Origin: Patescibacteria group bacterium
GTDB taxonomy: Bacteria > Patescibacteriota > Minisyncoccia > UBA6257 > HR35
Direction: 5' to 3'
DNA length: 27,553 nt
Assembly (NCBI GenBank): GCA_030549845.1
Contig: JAUQQN010000006.1
Span: 1-27,553 of the forward strand
Made by a program: the position numbers and the translations under genes. This document shows positions 15,831-23,537 of this stretch, piece after piece; the first letter of the stretch is position 1; each line of letters begins with the position of its first letter. Under the pieces are notes generated by a model, which saw only the letters and a program-made list of their open reading frames with translations, searched no databases and had not been told where the DNA came from.

Positions 15831-17129
15831 TTAAAGCCCCTCTTGGGGCTTATCTTTTGTAAAAATTTTATTTGTTTCTTTTACTCCTAAAAATCCTAAT
15901 CCAAATATAAATCTTAAAAATCCGGAGATTAACGAAATAATCATAATTGAATTAAAGTAAGGATTTTCAAATAAATTAATCAAAAATCCTCCGATTAGAG
16001 AGCCTAAAAATATTCCAATTCCATAAAAAATATTTGAGTAAGCAGAGCATAAATCTCTTTTAGGTTCAGTTACGTTATTATAGAAAAAATTAGTAGTAGA
16101 AATCCCATGAAAGGACCAAACGATTCCTCCTATTATATTTATTAAAATAACAAAAAATAAAATCCAGTTGAATGGAAGAAATAAAGTAATAGGCCATAAA
16201 AGCGCTGGTAAACTTACTAAGAGACCAACAATTTGCAAAACTTTTATATTACCTATAAGCTCTATAATTTTCCTTGCAATATAATATCCCACAAAAAAAC
16301 CTAAAGAGCTTGCAACTAACATTACTAAAAATTGTGAATAAGAAAACCTTAAATCTCGAAAAATGTATAAGTTGTAATAAGGCCCAGAAAGGTTAGTTGA
16401 AAAAAGAAGTAGGCTGTTAAAAATAACGAATTTTCCAAAGTTTGTTTTTAAACCTCGTTGTATAAAACTTTTAAAAGAAAAATAAGTTTCTAAAGGAGGA
16501 TTAAAAATAGGCTCATAAATTTTATTGATTAAAAATATTCTAAAAATATTTAAGATAGCTCCTATTAAAAAGATAACAACAAACCCAACTAGGGCATTGT
16601 GAAAAATTTGAAATTTAAATACATCCAAAATAATCCCCCCTAAAACTATACCGAATAACCCACCTAATACTGCTAATGAGTTTCTAAAACTAAAATAATA
16701 ATTAATTTTTCTTTTTTCTACAATATCTCCCAATAAACTTGCCCACGAAGGTGCTGCAAGAGAAATAAACAAAGAATAAACAGTAAAAAATAGAATAATT
16801 AAATGAGAAGATATATTCCATTTTAGTAGAATTAAAATAGTAAATATTGTTAAAGCAAAATAAAATAAAGATTGTATGAAAATAGAAGCATTAATCAATT
16901 GTTTACGTTTAAATTTAAAAATTAATTTTCTACTCAAAAGCTGAATCCAAGGACTAATAGCATTTGGTATGCCATTTAAAAGGCCTAATCCTATTGTAGA
17001 AATTTTAATTGTAATTGCGTAAGGAGAAATATAATTATCACAAAGCCCAGATACAATACTTCCAAAAACTACTTCCTTTAAACTTAAGATAACAGATTTT
17101 TCTTTTAAAACAATTTCTTGACTTTTCAT
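15831..17129 (-). CDS. MFS-type transporter
   Basis: 432 aa with about 12 hydrophobic spans in two halves, which is the typical major-facilitator layout. The last ~9 codons (KDKPQEGL) are encoded across the cassette-2 terminator hairpin. Confidence 0.7.
   Translation of the reverse strand: MKSQEIVLKEKSVILSLKEVVFGSIVSGLCDNYISPYAITIKISTIGLGLLNGIPNAISPWIQLLSRKLIFKFKRKQLINASIFIQSLFYFALTIFTILILLKWNISSHLIILFFTVYSLFISLAAPSWASLLGDIVEKRKINYYFSFRNSLAVLGGLFGIVLGGIILDVFKFQIFHNALVGFVVIFLIGAILNIFRIFLINKIYEPIFNPPLETYFSFKSFIQRGLKTNFGKFVIFNSLLLFSTNLSGPYYNLYIFRDLRFSYSQFLVMLVASSLGFFVGYYIARKIIELIGNIKVLQIVGLLVSLPALLWPITLFLPFNWILFFVILINIIGGIVWSFHGISTTNFFYNNVTEPKRDLCSAYSNIFYGIGIFLGSLIGGFLINLFENPYFNSIMIISLISGFLRFIFGLGFLGVKETNKIFTKDKPQEGL
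15834..15859 (+). terminator. intrinsic terminator of cassette 2 (overlaps the 3' end of the convergent MFS gene)
   Basis: AAGCCCC-TCTT-GGGGCTT followed by ATCTTTTGT. Confidence 0.7.
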
Positions 17130-17154
17130 TTTAATAGAATTTTATAAAATTAAG

Positions 17155-17163
17155 TGTTATAAT
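17155..17163 (+). promoter_or_regulatory. extended -10 element TGtTATAAT upstream of 17185 gene
   Basis: TGTTATAAT lies 21 nt upstream of the ATG, in the divergent intergenic region shared with the MFS gene. Confidence 0.4.
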
Positions 17164-17184
17164 TTCAATATTAAGTTCAAGAGA

Positions 17185-17682
17185 ATGCTACCAGGGGCGC
17201 ATATCATAATATCAAACGGTATTTCGCTAAATCTTACAACTAATCCTATTTCAGGATTTATTTTGGGTGTTATAATGCATCATTTAACGGATTCTCTGCC
17301 TCATATTGATCTTAATATCTTAAAAAATTATAATGAGTTTACAATTAAAAATTTACCTAAAAATTTAAAAATTTTATTAACTTTTGAATTTTTAATAGGG
17401 TTTCTTTTTTCTTTACTATATTTTGTTTATTTTTTCGAGAAAAATTTTATTTTATTTTTATTTATAAGCTTAGGGGCAATATTCCCTGATTTAATTATGA
17501 TATTTTTTAAGAGAGCTTTTGAAAAATATGGTTTTGGTAGAAGATACATCAATTTCCATAAAAACTTTCATTACGAGCTCAAAAATAATAGCATAAAAAA
17601 TGTAATTTTTTCTGGAATTATAGAAATTTTGATAATATTTTTATCGATAATATTTTTCAATTTATCCAGCAAATTTGTTTGA
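17185..17682 (+). CDS. small polytopic membrane protein, possibly YdjM/DUF457-like metal-dependent hydrolase
   Basis: 165 aa with 4-5 TM segments. The N-terminal PGAHII and HHLTDSLPHID loosely resemble the GH...PDIDH pattern of DUF457. The match is weak. Confidence 0.45.
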   Translation: MLPGAHIIISNGISLNLTTNPISGFILGVIMHHLTDSLPHIDLNILKNYNEFTIKNLPKNLKILLTFEFLIGFLFSLLYFVYFFEKNFILFLFISLGAIFPDLIMIFFKRAFEKYGFGRRYINFHKNFHYELKNNSIKNVIFSGIIEILIIFLSIIFFNLSSKFV

Positions 17683-17722
17683 TAAAATTTTCAAATAGGT
17701 CGCAATTTTTAAAAGATTAAAA

Positions 17723-18280
17723 ATGCAAAACCCAATTTACTGGATAATAGGTATTGTAATTTTCATTTTCTTAGTAATAGTTTATATATATAACAGATTA
17801 ATAACTTTAGCTCAAAGAGTAAAAGAGGCAGAAAGTGATATAGATGTTCAACTCAAAAGAAGAGCAGATTTAATTCCTAATTTAGTTGAGGCTGTCAAAG
17901 GATACGCTTCTCACGAAAAAGAAGTTTTTGAAAGAGTCACACAAGCAAGATCAGCTTTACTTTCTGCGAAAAATATTAAAGAAGAAATCGAAGCTGATAA
18001 TATGTTAACATCCGCTCTAAAAACTTTATTTGCTGTTGCTGAAAACTATCCAGAGCTAAAAGCTAACCAAAATTTTTTAGAACTTCAAAGAGAACTTAGA
18101 GATGCTGAAGACAAAATTATGGCATCAAGAAGATTCTATAACGCAGTTGTAATGGAATATAATTCCTTTTTGCAGCAATTTCCCAATAATTTAATTGCGA
18201 ATATTTTTAAATTTAAACCCTATGAATATTTTGAAATTGAAGTAGAAGCAGAAAAAGAAGTGCCAAAAGTTAAATTTTGA
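17723..18280 (+). CDS. lemA: LemA family protein
   Basis: An N-terminal TM is followed by YNRLITLAQRVKEAESDIDVQLKRRADLIPNLVEAVKGYASHEKEVFERVTQARS...NYPELKANQNF..LQ.EL...E..I...R..YN, the classical LemA pattern. Confidence 0.85.
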   Translation: MQNPIYWIIGIVIFIFLVIVYIYNRLITLAQRVKEAESDIDVQLKRRADLIPNLVEAVKGYASHEKEVFERVTQARSALLSAKNIKEEIEADNMLTSALKTLFAVAENYPELKANQNFLELQRELRDAEDKIMASRRFYNAVVMEYNSFLQQFPNNLIANIFKFKPYEYFEIEVEAEKEVPKVKF

Positions 18281-18489
18281 TAAGGGTTTGCAAGGAGTTT
18301 TTCAATCTCTTCATCAGGGATTGTTATTCCAAATACTTCCTCTACTTCCATGACCATCTCCACCACATCTAGTGAGTCAGCCTTTAAGTCTTCGATTAAC
18401 AAGGCTGGCTCCTTTACATCCTCGTGTCGTACTTTAAGCCGTTTGACTATTATATCCCGAACTCTTTGAAACACTTCCTCCCTGGTCAC
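18220..18489 (-). CDS. acyl carrier protein-like ORF with aberrant C-terminus (possible 3'-truncated pseudogene), GC-richer cassette 3
   Basis: The SD AAAGGAGGTGA (18496-18506, minus) lies 6 nt before the GTG at 18489. MTREEVFQRVRDIIVKRLKV..EDLKADSLDVVEMVMEVEEVFGITIPDEEIEKLL matches ACP helices I-III with the DSL phosphopantetheine serine motif. The expected helix IV is replaced by sequence that is antisense to the lemA 3' end (61-nt overlap). There is no terminator. Confidence 0.55.
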   Translation of the reverse strand: MTREEVFQRVRDIIVKRLKVRHEDVKEPALLIEDLKADSLDVVEMVMEVEEVFGITIPDEEIEKLLANPYQNLTFGTSFSASTSISKYS

Positions 18490-18545
18490 AGAAGGTCACC
18501 TCCTTTCTTGGAGATTAGTATTAAATATTTTAAACCGCAAAATTT

Positions 18546-21017
18546 CTATAAGCTATCAGGAAAGATTTTGTAATAAAGTTTTTTTGCAAGTTCAGTTAAA
18601 ATAAAGAAAATTGTAAGCAAAATTAATAGTTTATAAATTATCCCAATTGGCAAAAACTTGAAACTAAAAATCCTCATAAAGAATGGATGGAGGATGAACA
18701 TAAAAGTAAGGAAAATAGATACAATTAAAGAAAGGAGGACAATAAAAGGCATTTTAGGAGCGAAAATAATCCAATCTTTTGTTCTTATAGAAAACATAAC
18801 AAATATTCCAGTTAAGGTTGTAATTAAAAATATTGTTGTTCTAACAATATCTATAGAATAATCTTTAACTAATAAATAGGCCCCAATATTAATAAAAGCT
18901 GCAACCATTCCCAATAGAACTAAAAGCATAATAAACTCAAAGCTACTTATTTCTATTGATTTTTTAATATCTTTATTTTTTACATTGTCATAAGCAATAA
19001 ATGCTAAAGGAAGATCTGTAAGCAAATTTGTAAGAAGAACTTGAACAGGGGTTAATGGAGTGTATTTTAAAATTAAGCTTAAAAAAGCTACAGAAAAGAA
19101 ATTACCAAAATTATCACTCATCGTATGCTTAAGGTATTTCCCTATATTAAATACAGCTTTCCTTCCTTCATAAATTGCGTCAACAATTAAGCTTAAATCT
19201 TTTTCTCTTAAAATAACATCAGCCTCTTCTTTAGTAATATCAGTAGCTGTATCAACTACAATTGAAACATCTGAAGTCTTTAATGCAAGAGCATCATTTA
19301 TCCCTTCACCTAAATAACCAACAAAATATTTTTCCTGAAGAGCAGAGATTATTTTAAATTTATGTTCAGGTAAAACCCTGGCGAAAACATTATACTTTTC
19401 ACAAACTTTTAATAACTCCTCTTTACTCATCTTGTCTAAATCTTCTCCTAAAATAACCTCTCCTTTTTCACACAAACCTAAATCAATTGCCACTTTTTCA
19501 GCAACCTCCTTTGCATCTCCTGTTAAAATTTTTATTTTCAAATTGATCTTTTTAGCTTTTTCTATAGTTTCTTTAGTTGTTTCTTTTAATGGATCTTCAA
19601 AAATAGCTAGCCCTAAATATTTAAAATTATTTTCTTCTAATAATCCGAAAGATAAAGTTCTATATCCCATTTGAGAATATTTTTTAAATTCTTGAAGATG
19701 TTTCTCCTTTAAATTTTCATCATCCATATAGCTAATAATATTTTCTGGGGCTCCCTTGATTAAAATTTTTACTTCCCTACCCTCTTCAATTTTAATTTTT
19801 TTAACTCTTTCTTTTGGATCAAAAGGAAATATCTCAATAATTTTTAAATCTTTATTTTCTATCTTAAATTTATTTAATTTTTCATCAAATTTTTCTTTTA
19901 TAGCATCAATATAAAAATCTTTTTCTCCTAATTGCCAACAGTCAATTAGTCCATATTTTAATAAATTGTCAATATCTTCTGAAATTATTTCTTTCAATAC
20001 CATCTCATTTTTTGTAATAGTTCCTGTTTTATCAGTACATAAAATCTCTATTCCTCCTAAATCTTCTATTGAGGACAATCTTTTAATAACTAACCCTCTT
20101 TTTGCTAATTTCAAAGCAGAAATTGATAAAGTTAAAACAGTTACGCCTGGCAAAAATTCTGGAATGATTGAAATCGCTAATGTTATTGCAAATAAAATTA
20201 ATTCCTTTAAAGGAATGGGTTCAGGTTTTAAAAAATTAAATACAAACAATAAAATAATAAGAAAAGCTGCATAAAGAGTAATATATTTTGCAAATTTATT
20301 GAAAGTTTTTTGATATCCAGTTTCTTTTGAGATTTCTAAGGTTGATTTTGCTATTTTCCCTAAATAAGTCATTTGTCCTATTGCAATTACTATTCCCTCA
20401 ATATATCCACTTACAACAGTTGTTCCACTAAATCCTATATTTTTTGCATCATAAATACTCTCGGCTTGGCAAAGATTTTCATTTTTAATAACTGCTTCTG
20501 ACTCTCCTGTTAAAATAGATTCATCTACTAGAGCATTTTCTGATTTAATAATTCTTATATCAGCTGGAATTAAATATCCTGCTTCAACTCTTACATAATC
20601 TCCAATTGTTAACTTTTCCGAATCGATAATTTTAAATTCATTATCTCTTTTAACTTTTGCATAAATTTTAAAATAACTCAAAAGTTCTTCAGCTAATTTA
20701 TTTGATTTGTAGTCCTGATAAATCGAAAGGAAGCTTGCTATAAAAAAGAAAATAAAAATTAAAATTGTTTCTATCGAAAATCCATTAATAATAAGTGCTA
20801 AAATGCCTGCAATAAAGAGTAAAATATTGAAATAGTTCAGCAAATTTCTTTTAGCTATTTCCAATAAGTCTATCTTAAAATATTTAACTTTATTAGGACC
20901 ATATTCTTTTAACCTCTTTTGAGCTTCTTCTTCGTTTAGTCCTGATTCTGACGTTTTTAAAATTTCAAAAATTTCTTCTTGGGTTTTATCAACAAATTTT
21001 AAAAATTCATCTTTCAT
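18546..21017 (-). CDS. cation-transporting P-type ATPase (type II/III-like, Ca2+/Mg2+ family)
   Basis: Motifs present are TGESEAV, PEFLP (TM4), ICTDKTGTITKN, KGAPE, ILTGDA, LPEHK and GEGINDALALK. The protein is 823 aa with N- and C-terminal TM bundles. Confidence 0.9.
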   Translation of the reverse strand: MKDEFLKFVDKTQEEIFEILKTSESGLNEEEAQKRLKEYGPNKVKYFKIDLLEIAKRNLLNYFNILLFIAGILALIINGFSIETILIFIFFFIASFLSIYQDYKSNKLAEELLSYFKIYAKVKRDNEFKIIDSEKLTIGDYVRVEAGYLIPADIRIIKSENALVDESILTGESEAVIKNENLCQAESIYDAKNIGFSGTTVVSGYIEGIVIAIGQMTYLGKIAKSTLEISKETGYQKTFNKFAKYITLYAAFLIILLFVFNFLKPEPIPLKELILFAITLAISIIPEFLPGVTVLTLSISALKLAKRGLVIKRLSSIEDLGGIEILCTDKTGTITKNEMVLKEIISEDIDNLLKYGLIDCWQLGEKDFYIDAIKEKFDEKLNKFKIENKDLKIIEIFPFDPKERVKKIKIEEGREVKILIKGAPENIISYMDDENLKEKHLQEFKKYSQMGYRTLSFGLLEENNFKYLGLAIFEDPLKETTKETIEKAKKINLKIKILTGDAKEVAEKVAIDLGLCEKGEVILGEDLDKMSKEELLKVCEKYNVFARVLPEHKFKIISALQEKYFVGYLGEGINDALALKTSDVSIVVDTATDITKEEADVILREKDLSLIVDAIYEGRKAVFNIGKYLKHTMSDNFGNFFSVAFLSLILKYTPLTPVQVLLTNLLTDLPLAFIAYDNVKNKDIKKSIEISSFEFIMLLVLLGMVAAFINIGAYLLVKDYSIDIVRTTIFLITTLTGIFVMFSIRTKDWIIFAPKMPFIVLLSLIVSIFLTFMFILHPFFMRIFSFKFLPIGIIYKLLILLTIFFILTELAKKLYYKIFPDSL

Positions 21018-21078
21018 TTATTAATTTTAAAATAAAAGGTATAGTAACTATAAAAACTTTGTAAAAAAAATAATTTTT

Positions 21079-21087
21079 TGTATAATA
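21079..21087 (+). promoter_or_regulatory. -10 element (TGTATAATA) for htpX, probable leaderless transcript
   Basis: TATAAT at 21081-21086 is preceded by TG. The ATG at 21094 is 7 nt downstream, with no SD. Confidence 0.45.
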
Positions 21088-21093
21088 TTTAAT

Positions 21094-21990
21094 ATGAAAA
21101 CAGCATATTCAGTGATAGAAGAAAATAATTTAAGAACATGGCTTTTGATGACACTATTTTTGATATTGGTATTTGGTTTTGGGTATTTATTTGCTTATAT
21201 CTTAAATGAACCTGTGATTTTTTATATAGCTGTAATTTTCGGTTTATTAACTAATATATGGAGTTATTACTATGGAGATCGAATTATTACATTTTTAACA
21301 GGAGCTAAGGAAGTAAATAAAAATGATTTGCCTGAGGTTTACAGAATTTTGGAAAATTTATCAATCACTGCAGGGCTTCCTAAAACTCCGAAGTTATATT
21401 TAATAAACACACCTGCTATGAATGCTTTTGCAACAGGAAGAAACCCAGAAAATTCTTTAGTTGCTGTAACTTCTGGATTGATCAATAATTTAAGCAAAGA
21501 AGAGATAGAAGGGGTTATTGCCCATGAAATTTCTCATATAAAAAATAGAGACATTAAAGTAATGATGATAGCAACAATTTTAGCAGGAATAATTGCCATT
21601 ATGGCAGATTTATTTTTGAGATTCGGATTATATTCTTCTTCAGATCGAGAAAACAAAGGAAATGTTATTCTATTTTTAATAGGTTTTATTCTTGCATTGT
21701 TAGCTCCAATTTTTGCACAACTTATTCAACTCGCAATTTCAAGAAAAAGAGAATTTATGGCAGATGCAAGCGGTGCTTTAATCACAAAAAACCCACTAGG
21801 TTTAGCTAGTGCTTTAGAAAAAATTTCTAAACAAAATATTCCAATGGATGTATCTCCTGCAACAGCAAGTTTATTCATAGTTAATCCATTTAAAGATAAA
21901 AAAGGATTTATAAATTGGTTAGGCAACCTTTTTTCTACCCATCCTCCAGTTGAAGAAAGAATAAAAAGGTTAAAAGAGATGATATTGTAA
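21094..21990 (+). CDS. htpX: M48 family zinc protease HtpX
   Basis: Two N-terminal TM helices, NAFATG, HEISHIKNRD (HExxH), a further TM pair, EFMAD and HPPVEERI. Confidence 0.9.
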   Translation: MKTAYSVIEENNLRTWLLMTLFLILVFGFGYLFAYILNEPVIFYIAVIFGLLTNIWSYYYGDRIITFLTGAKEVNKNDLPEVYRILENLSITAGLPKTPKLYLINTPAMNAFATGRNPENSLVAVTSGLINNLSKEEIEGVIAHEISHIKNRDIKVMMIATILAGIIAIMADLFLRFGLYSSSDRENKGNVILFLIGFILALLAPIFAQLIQLAISRKREFMADASGALITKNPLGLASALEKISKQNIPMDVSPATASLFIVNPFKDKKGFINWLGNLFSTHPPVEERIKRLKEMIL

Positions 21991-21997
21991 AAGAGAG

Positions 21998-22030
21998 CCC
22001 CTCCACAAAAATGTGGAGGGGATGTTTTTT
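21998..22030. terminator. strong hairpin shared by convergent htpX and cassette 4
   Basis: CCCCTCCACA-AAAA-TGTGGAGGGG is a perfect 10-bp stem, followed by ATGTTTTTT on the + strand. On the - strand the hairpin is followed by CTCTCTTTT. Confidence 0.8.
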
Positions 22031-22033
22031 AAC

Positions 22034-22246
22034 TTACGTCTCTTCCACGCTAATCTTAACAAAATCCACCCCTTGAAGCTTAATAATGACCTCATGACTT
22101 ACCCTCCCTCCTCTACAGGACTTTCGCACAGCCCTCTTTTGAATTAGTTCATCTATCATTATTACAACCATCCCACTACAATTTTTGTGCGGGCAGGTGA
22201 TGATCGCCTGCCCCTTTATCACGCGAACAACAAGTTGGCTTTCCAC
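22034..22246 (-). CDS. small Cys/His-containing protein (70 aa), GC-richer cassette 4
   Basis: The SD AAAGGGAGGTGA (22252-22263, minus) lies 6 nt before the GTG at 22246. The track's GTG at 22255 is inside the SD. A hand count gives about 45% GC. The sequence contains ITCPHKNCSG...KSCRGGRVSHEVIIKL, TGTATAAT sits upstream at 22285-22292 (minus), and a terminator follows. Confidence 0.55.
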   Translation of the reverse strand: MESQLVVRVIKGQAIITCPHKNCSGMVVIMIDELIQKRAVRKSCRGGRVSHEVIIKLQGVDFVKISVEET

Positions 22247-22344
22247 TATTTTCACCTCCCTTTAGCAAGATATGGCTAAAAACTATTATACAATTAAAAT
22301 TAAAAATCAAGATTAAGGAAAATTTGATTTATAATAATTAGAAA

Positions 22345-22416
22345 GCGGTGGTAGTTCAGAGGTAGAACGCCTGCTTCCCAAGCAGGAGGTCGCGGGTTCG
22401 AATCCCGTCCACCGCT
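22345..22416 (+). tRNA. tRNA-Gly (anticodon CCC), no encoded CCA
   Basis: GCGGTGG-TA-GTTC-AGAGGTA-GAAC-G-CCTGC-TTCCCAA-GCAGG-AGGTC-GCGGG-TTCGAAT-CCCGT-CCACCGC-T forms a full cloverleaf with a U discriminator. Confidence 0.9.
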
Positions 22417-22536
22417 AAAAATTACTCAGGTTTCTTTTATTAAGCACCTGAAGGTAAGTAGTCATTTATTTTCTTTAAAATATATTCCATATCTGACACA
22501 AAGCCTTCTATCTCTTCTTCCCGGATATTAGGCGTT

Positions 22537-22965
22537 CTACCTATTTTTTTCACCGCCATGAATAAAAATCAATAAACTAAATCTAAATTTTTGGATTAAT
22601 TTTTCCACATTAAGTTTGCCATTCTCTATAAAACCTATTCTATATGGAGATTCCCTAAGGTATAAAAGGTGTAAATCTGCATAATTAGGTTTACCTGTTT
22701 CCTTTAACTTAATTTCTCTGAAGCATTTTAATGCTTCATCAAGAAATCTTACAATATTAGTTAATTCATTAAATCTCCTTGTAACGTCTTGCAGGCTCCT
22801 ACCTTCAGGTTGAAAGCTATCTAGGTATTTGTAAACATTCTCCCAAAAATCTCTGAATGGAGAAGAATAACTAAAAAGTTCTTTCAATTTTTTAAATCTT
22901 TCTATTTGTTCTGCTTCTTCTACCTGATTAAATGGCTTTCGCTCTTTGGGTTTAAATCTTTCCAT
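22537..22965 (-). CDS. hypothetical protein (142 aa), possibly frameshift-truncated (alternative frame continues to 22440)
   Basis: An ORF with an ATG at 22965 and no recognisable family. The stop comes immediately after an A7 run (22544-22550 on +). Removing one A would add 34 codons (IGRTPNIREEEIEGFVSDMEYILKKINDYLPSGA). Confidence 0.5.
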   Translation of the reverse strand: MERFKPKERKPFNQVEEAEQIERFKKLKELFSYSSPFRDFWENVYKYLDSFQPEGRSLQDVTRRFNELTNIVRFLDEALKCFREIKLKETGKPNYADLHLLYLRESPYRIGFIENGKLNVEKLIQKFRFSLLIFIHGGEKNR

Positions 22966-23028
22966 TCATTTTATTATAATTTAAATTTATAAAATTTTGA
23001 AAATGAAATCCAAAATGATTTTTATCAT

Positions 23029-23064
23029 ATAAAATAAAAAAGGCAGGAGTAAAAACTCCTGCCT
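23029..23064 (-). terminator. intrinsic terminator of cassette 5
   Basis: AGGCAGGAG-TAAAAA-CTCCTGCCT. On the minus strand the hairpin is followed by TTTTTTATTTTAT. Confidence 0.75.
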
Positions 23065-23077
23065 TAAAATATTAGGG

Positions 23078-23293
23078 TTAGTTAGAGATAAAACCCAGCC
23101 ACCGGAGTATTTGAACCCCGATGGCTGTCATAATTCCAAACCCCAAAATAAAGAAAAGTATCAAGGCCAGTGGGGGTGCTCCCCACCGGCCATACACTAC
23201 AGACCACTCGCTCTCAGGGACCCCGTTCATCCCCGAAAACCACAGCCACCACCTCCATAGATTTTTTGCCATGCTTCGAATTTTCTCCCACAT
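23078..23293 (-). CDS. Trp-rich small membrane protein (71 aa), GC-richer cassette 5
   Basis: The SD AAAGGAGGTGA (23301-23311, minus) lies 8 nt before the ATG. The protein is MWEKIRSMAKNLWRWWLWFSGMNGVPESEWSVVYGRWGAPPLALILFFILGFGIMTAIGVQILRWLGFISN, with one clear TM helix. A terminator follows. The two + strand track ORFs here are antisense artefacts. Confidence 0.6.
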   Translation of the reverse strand: MWEKIRSMAKNLWRWWLWFSGMNGVPESEWSVVYGRWGAPPLALILFFILGFGIMTAIGVQILRWLGFISN

Positions 23294-23344
23294 CTTTCTT
23301 TCACCTCCTTTGTAGAGTGCATAGTTTTTATTTTAATCCATTTT

Positions 23345-23373
23345 TTGACATTCCTTAATATTTAATTTAAAAT
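23345..23373 (+). promoter_or_regulatory. near-consensus sigma70-type promoter of cassette 6
   Basis: TTGACA (23345-23350), a 17-nt spacer, then TAAAAT (23368-23373). About 15-25 nt downstream is the SD AAAAGGAGGTGA (23388-23399). Confidence 0.55.
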
Positions 23374-23405
23374 TTAAAAAGCACCCCAAAAGGAGGTGAA
23401 GCAAA

Positions 23406-23489
23406 ATGAAGAAGTTATTGTTTATTATTATTTTTTTGTATTTTCTTATAATCACTATTATTTTTTTGCTCCCTCAACCTTCAAGGTAG
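23406..23489 (+). CDS. 27-aa hydrophobic peptide, cassette 6
   Basis: The ATG is 7 nt after GGAGGTG. The peptide is MKKLLFIIIFLYFLIITIIFLLPQPSR followed by TAG. It is flanked by a consensus-like promoter and a terminator, and is too short to appear in the ORF track. Confidence 0.5.
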   Translation: MKKLLFIIIFLYFLIITIIFLLPQPSR

Positions 23490-23506
23490 GGAGGACCATT
23501 TAATAC

Positions 23507-23537
23507 AGCCTGCCCTTAAGGGGCGGGCTTTCTTTTT
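23507..23537 (+). terminator. intrinsic terminator of cassette 6
   Basis: AGCCTGCCC-TTAAG-GGGCGGGCT forms 9 bp with one G-U pair, followed by TTCTTTTT. Confidence 0.75.

Noticed and set aside
23121-23358. Two + strand ORFs (23121-23315 and 23170-23358) in the GC-richer island.
   Set aside because: They overlap the minus-strand 71-aa ORF, which has an SD, an ATG and a terminator in the correct geometry. Neither + strand ORF has a comparable start context.
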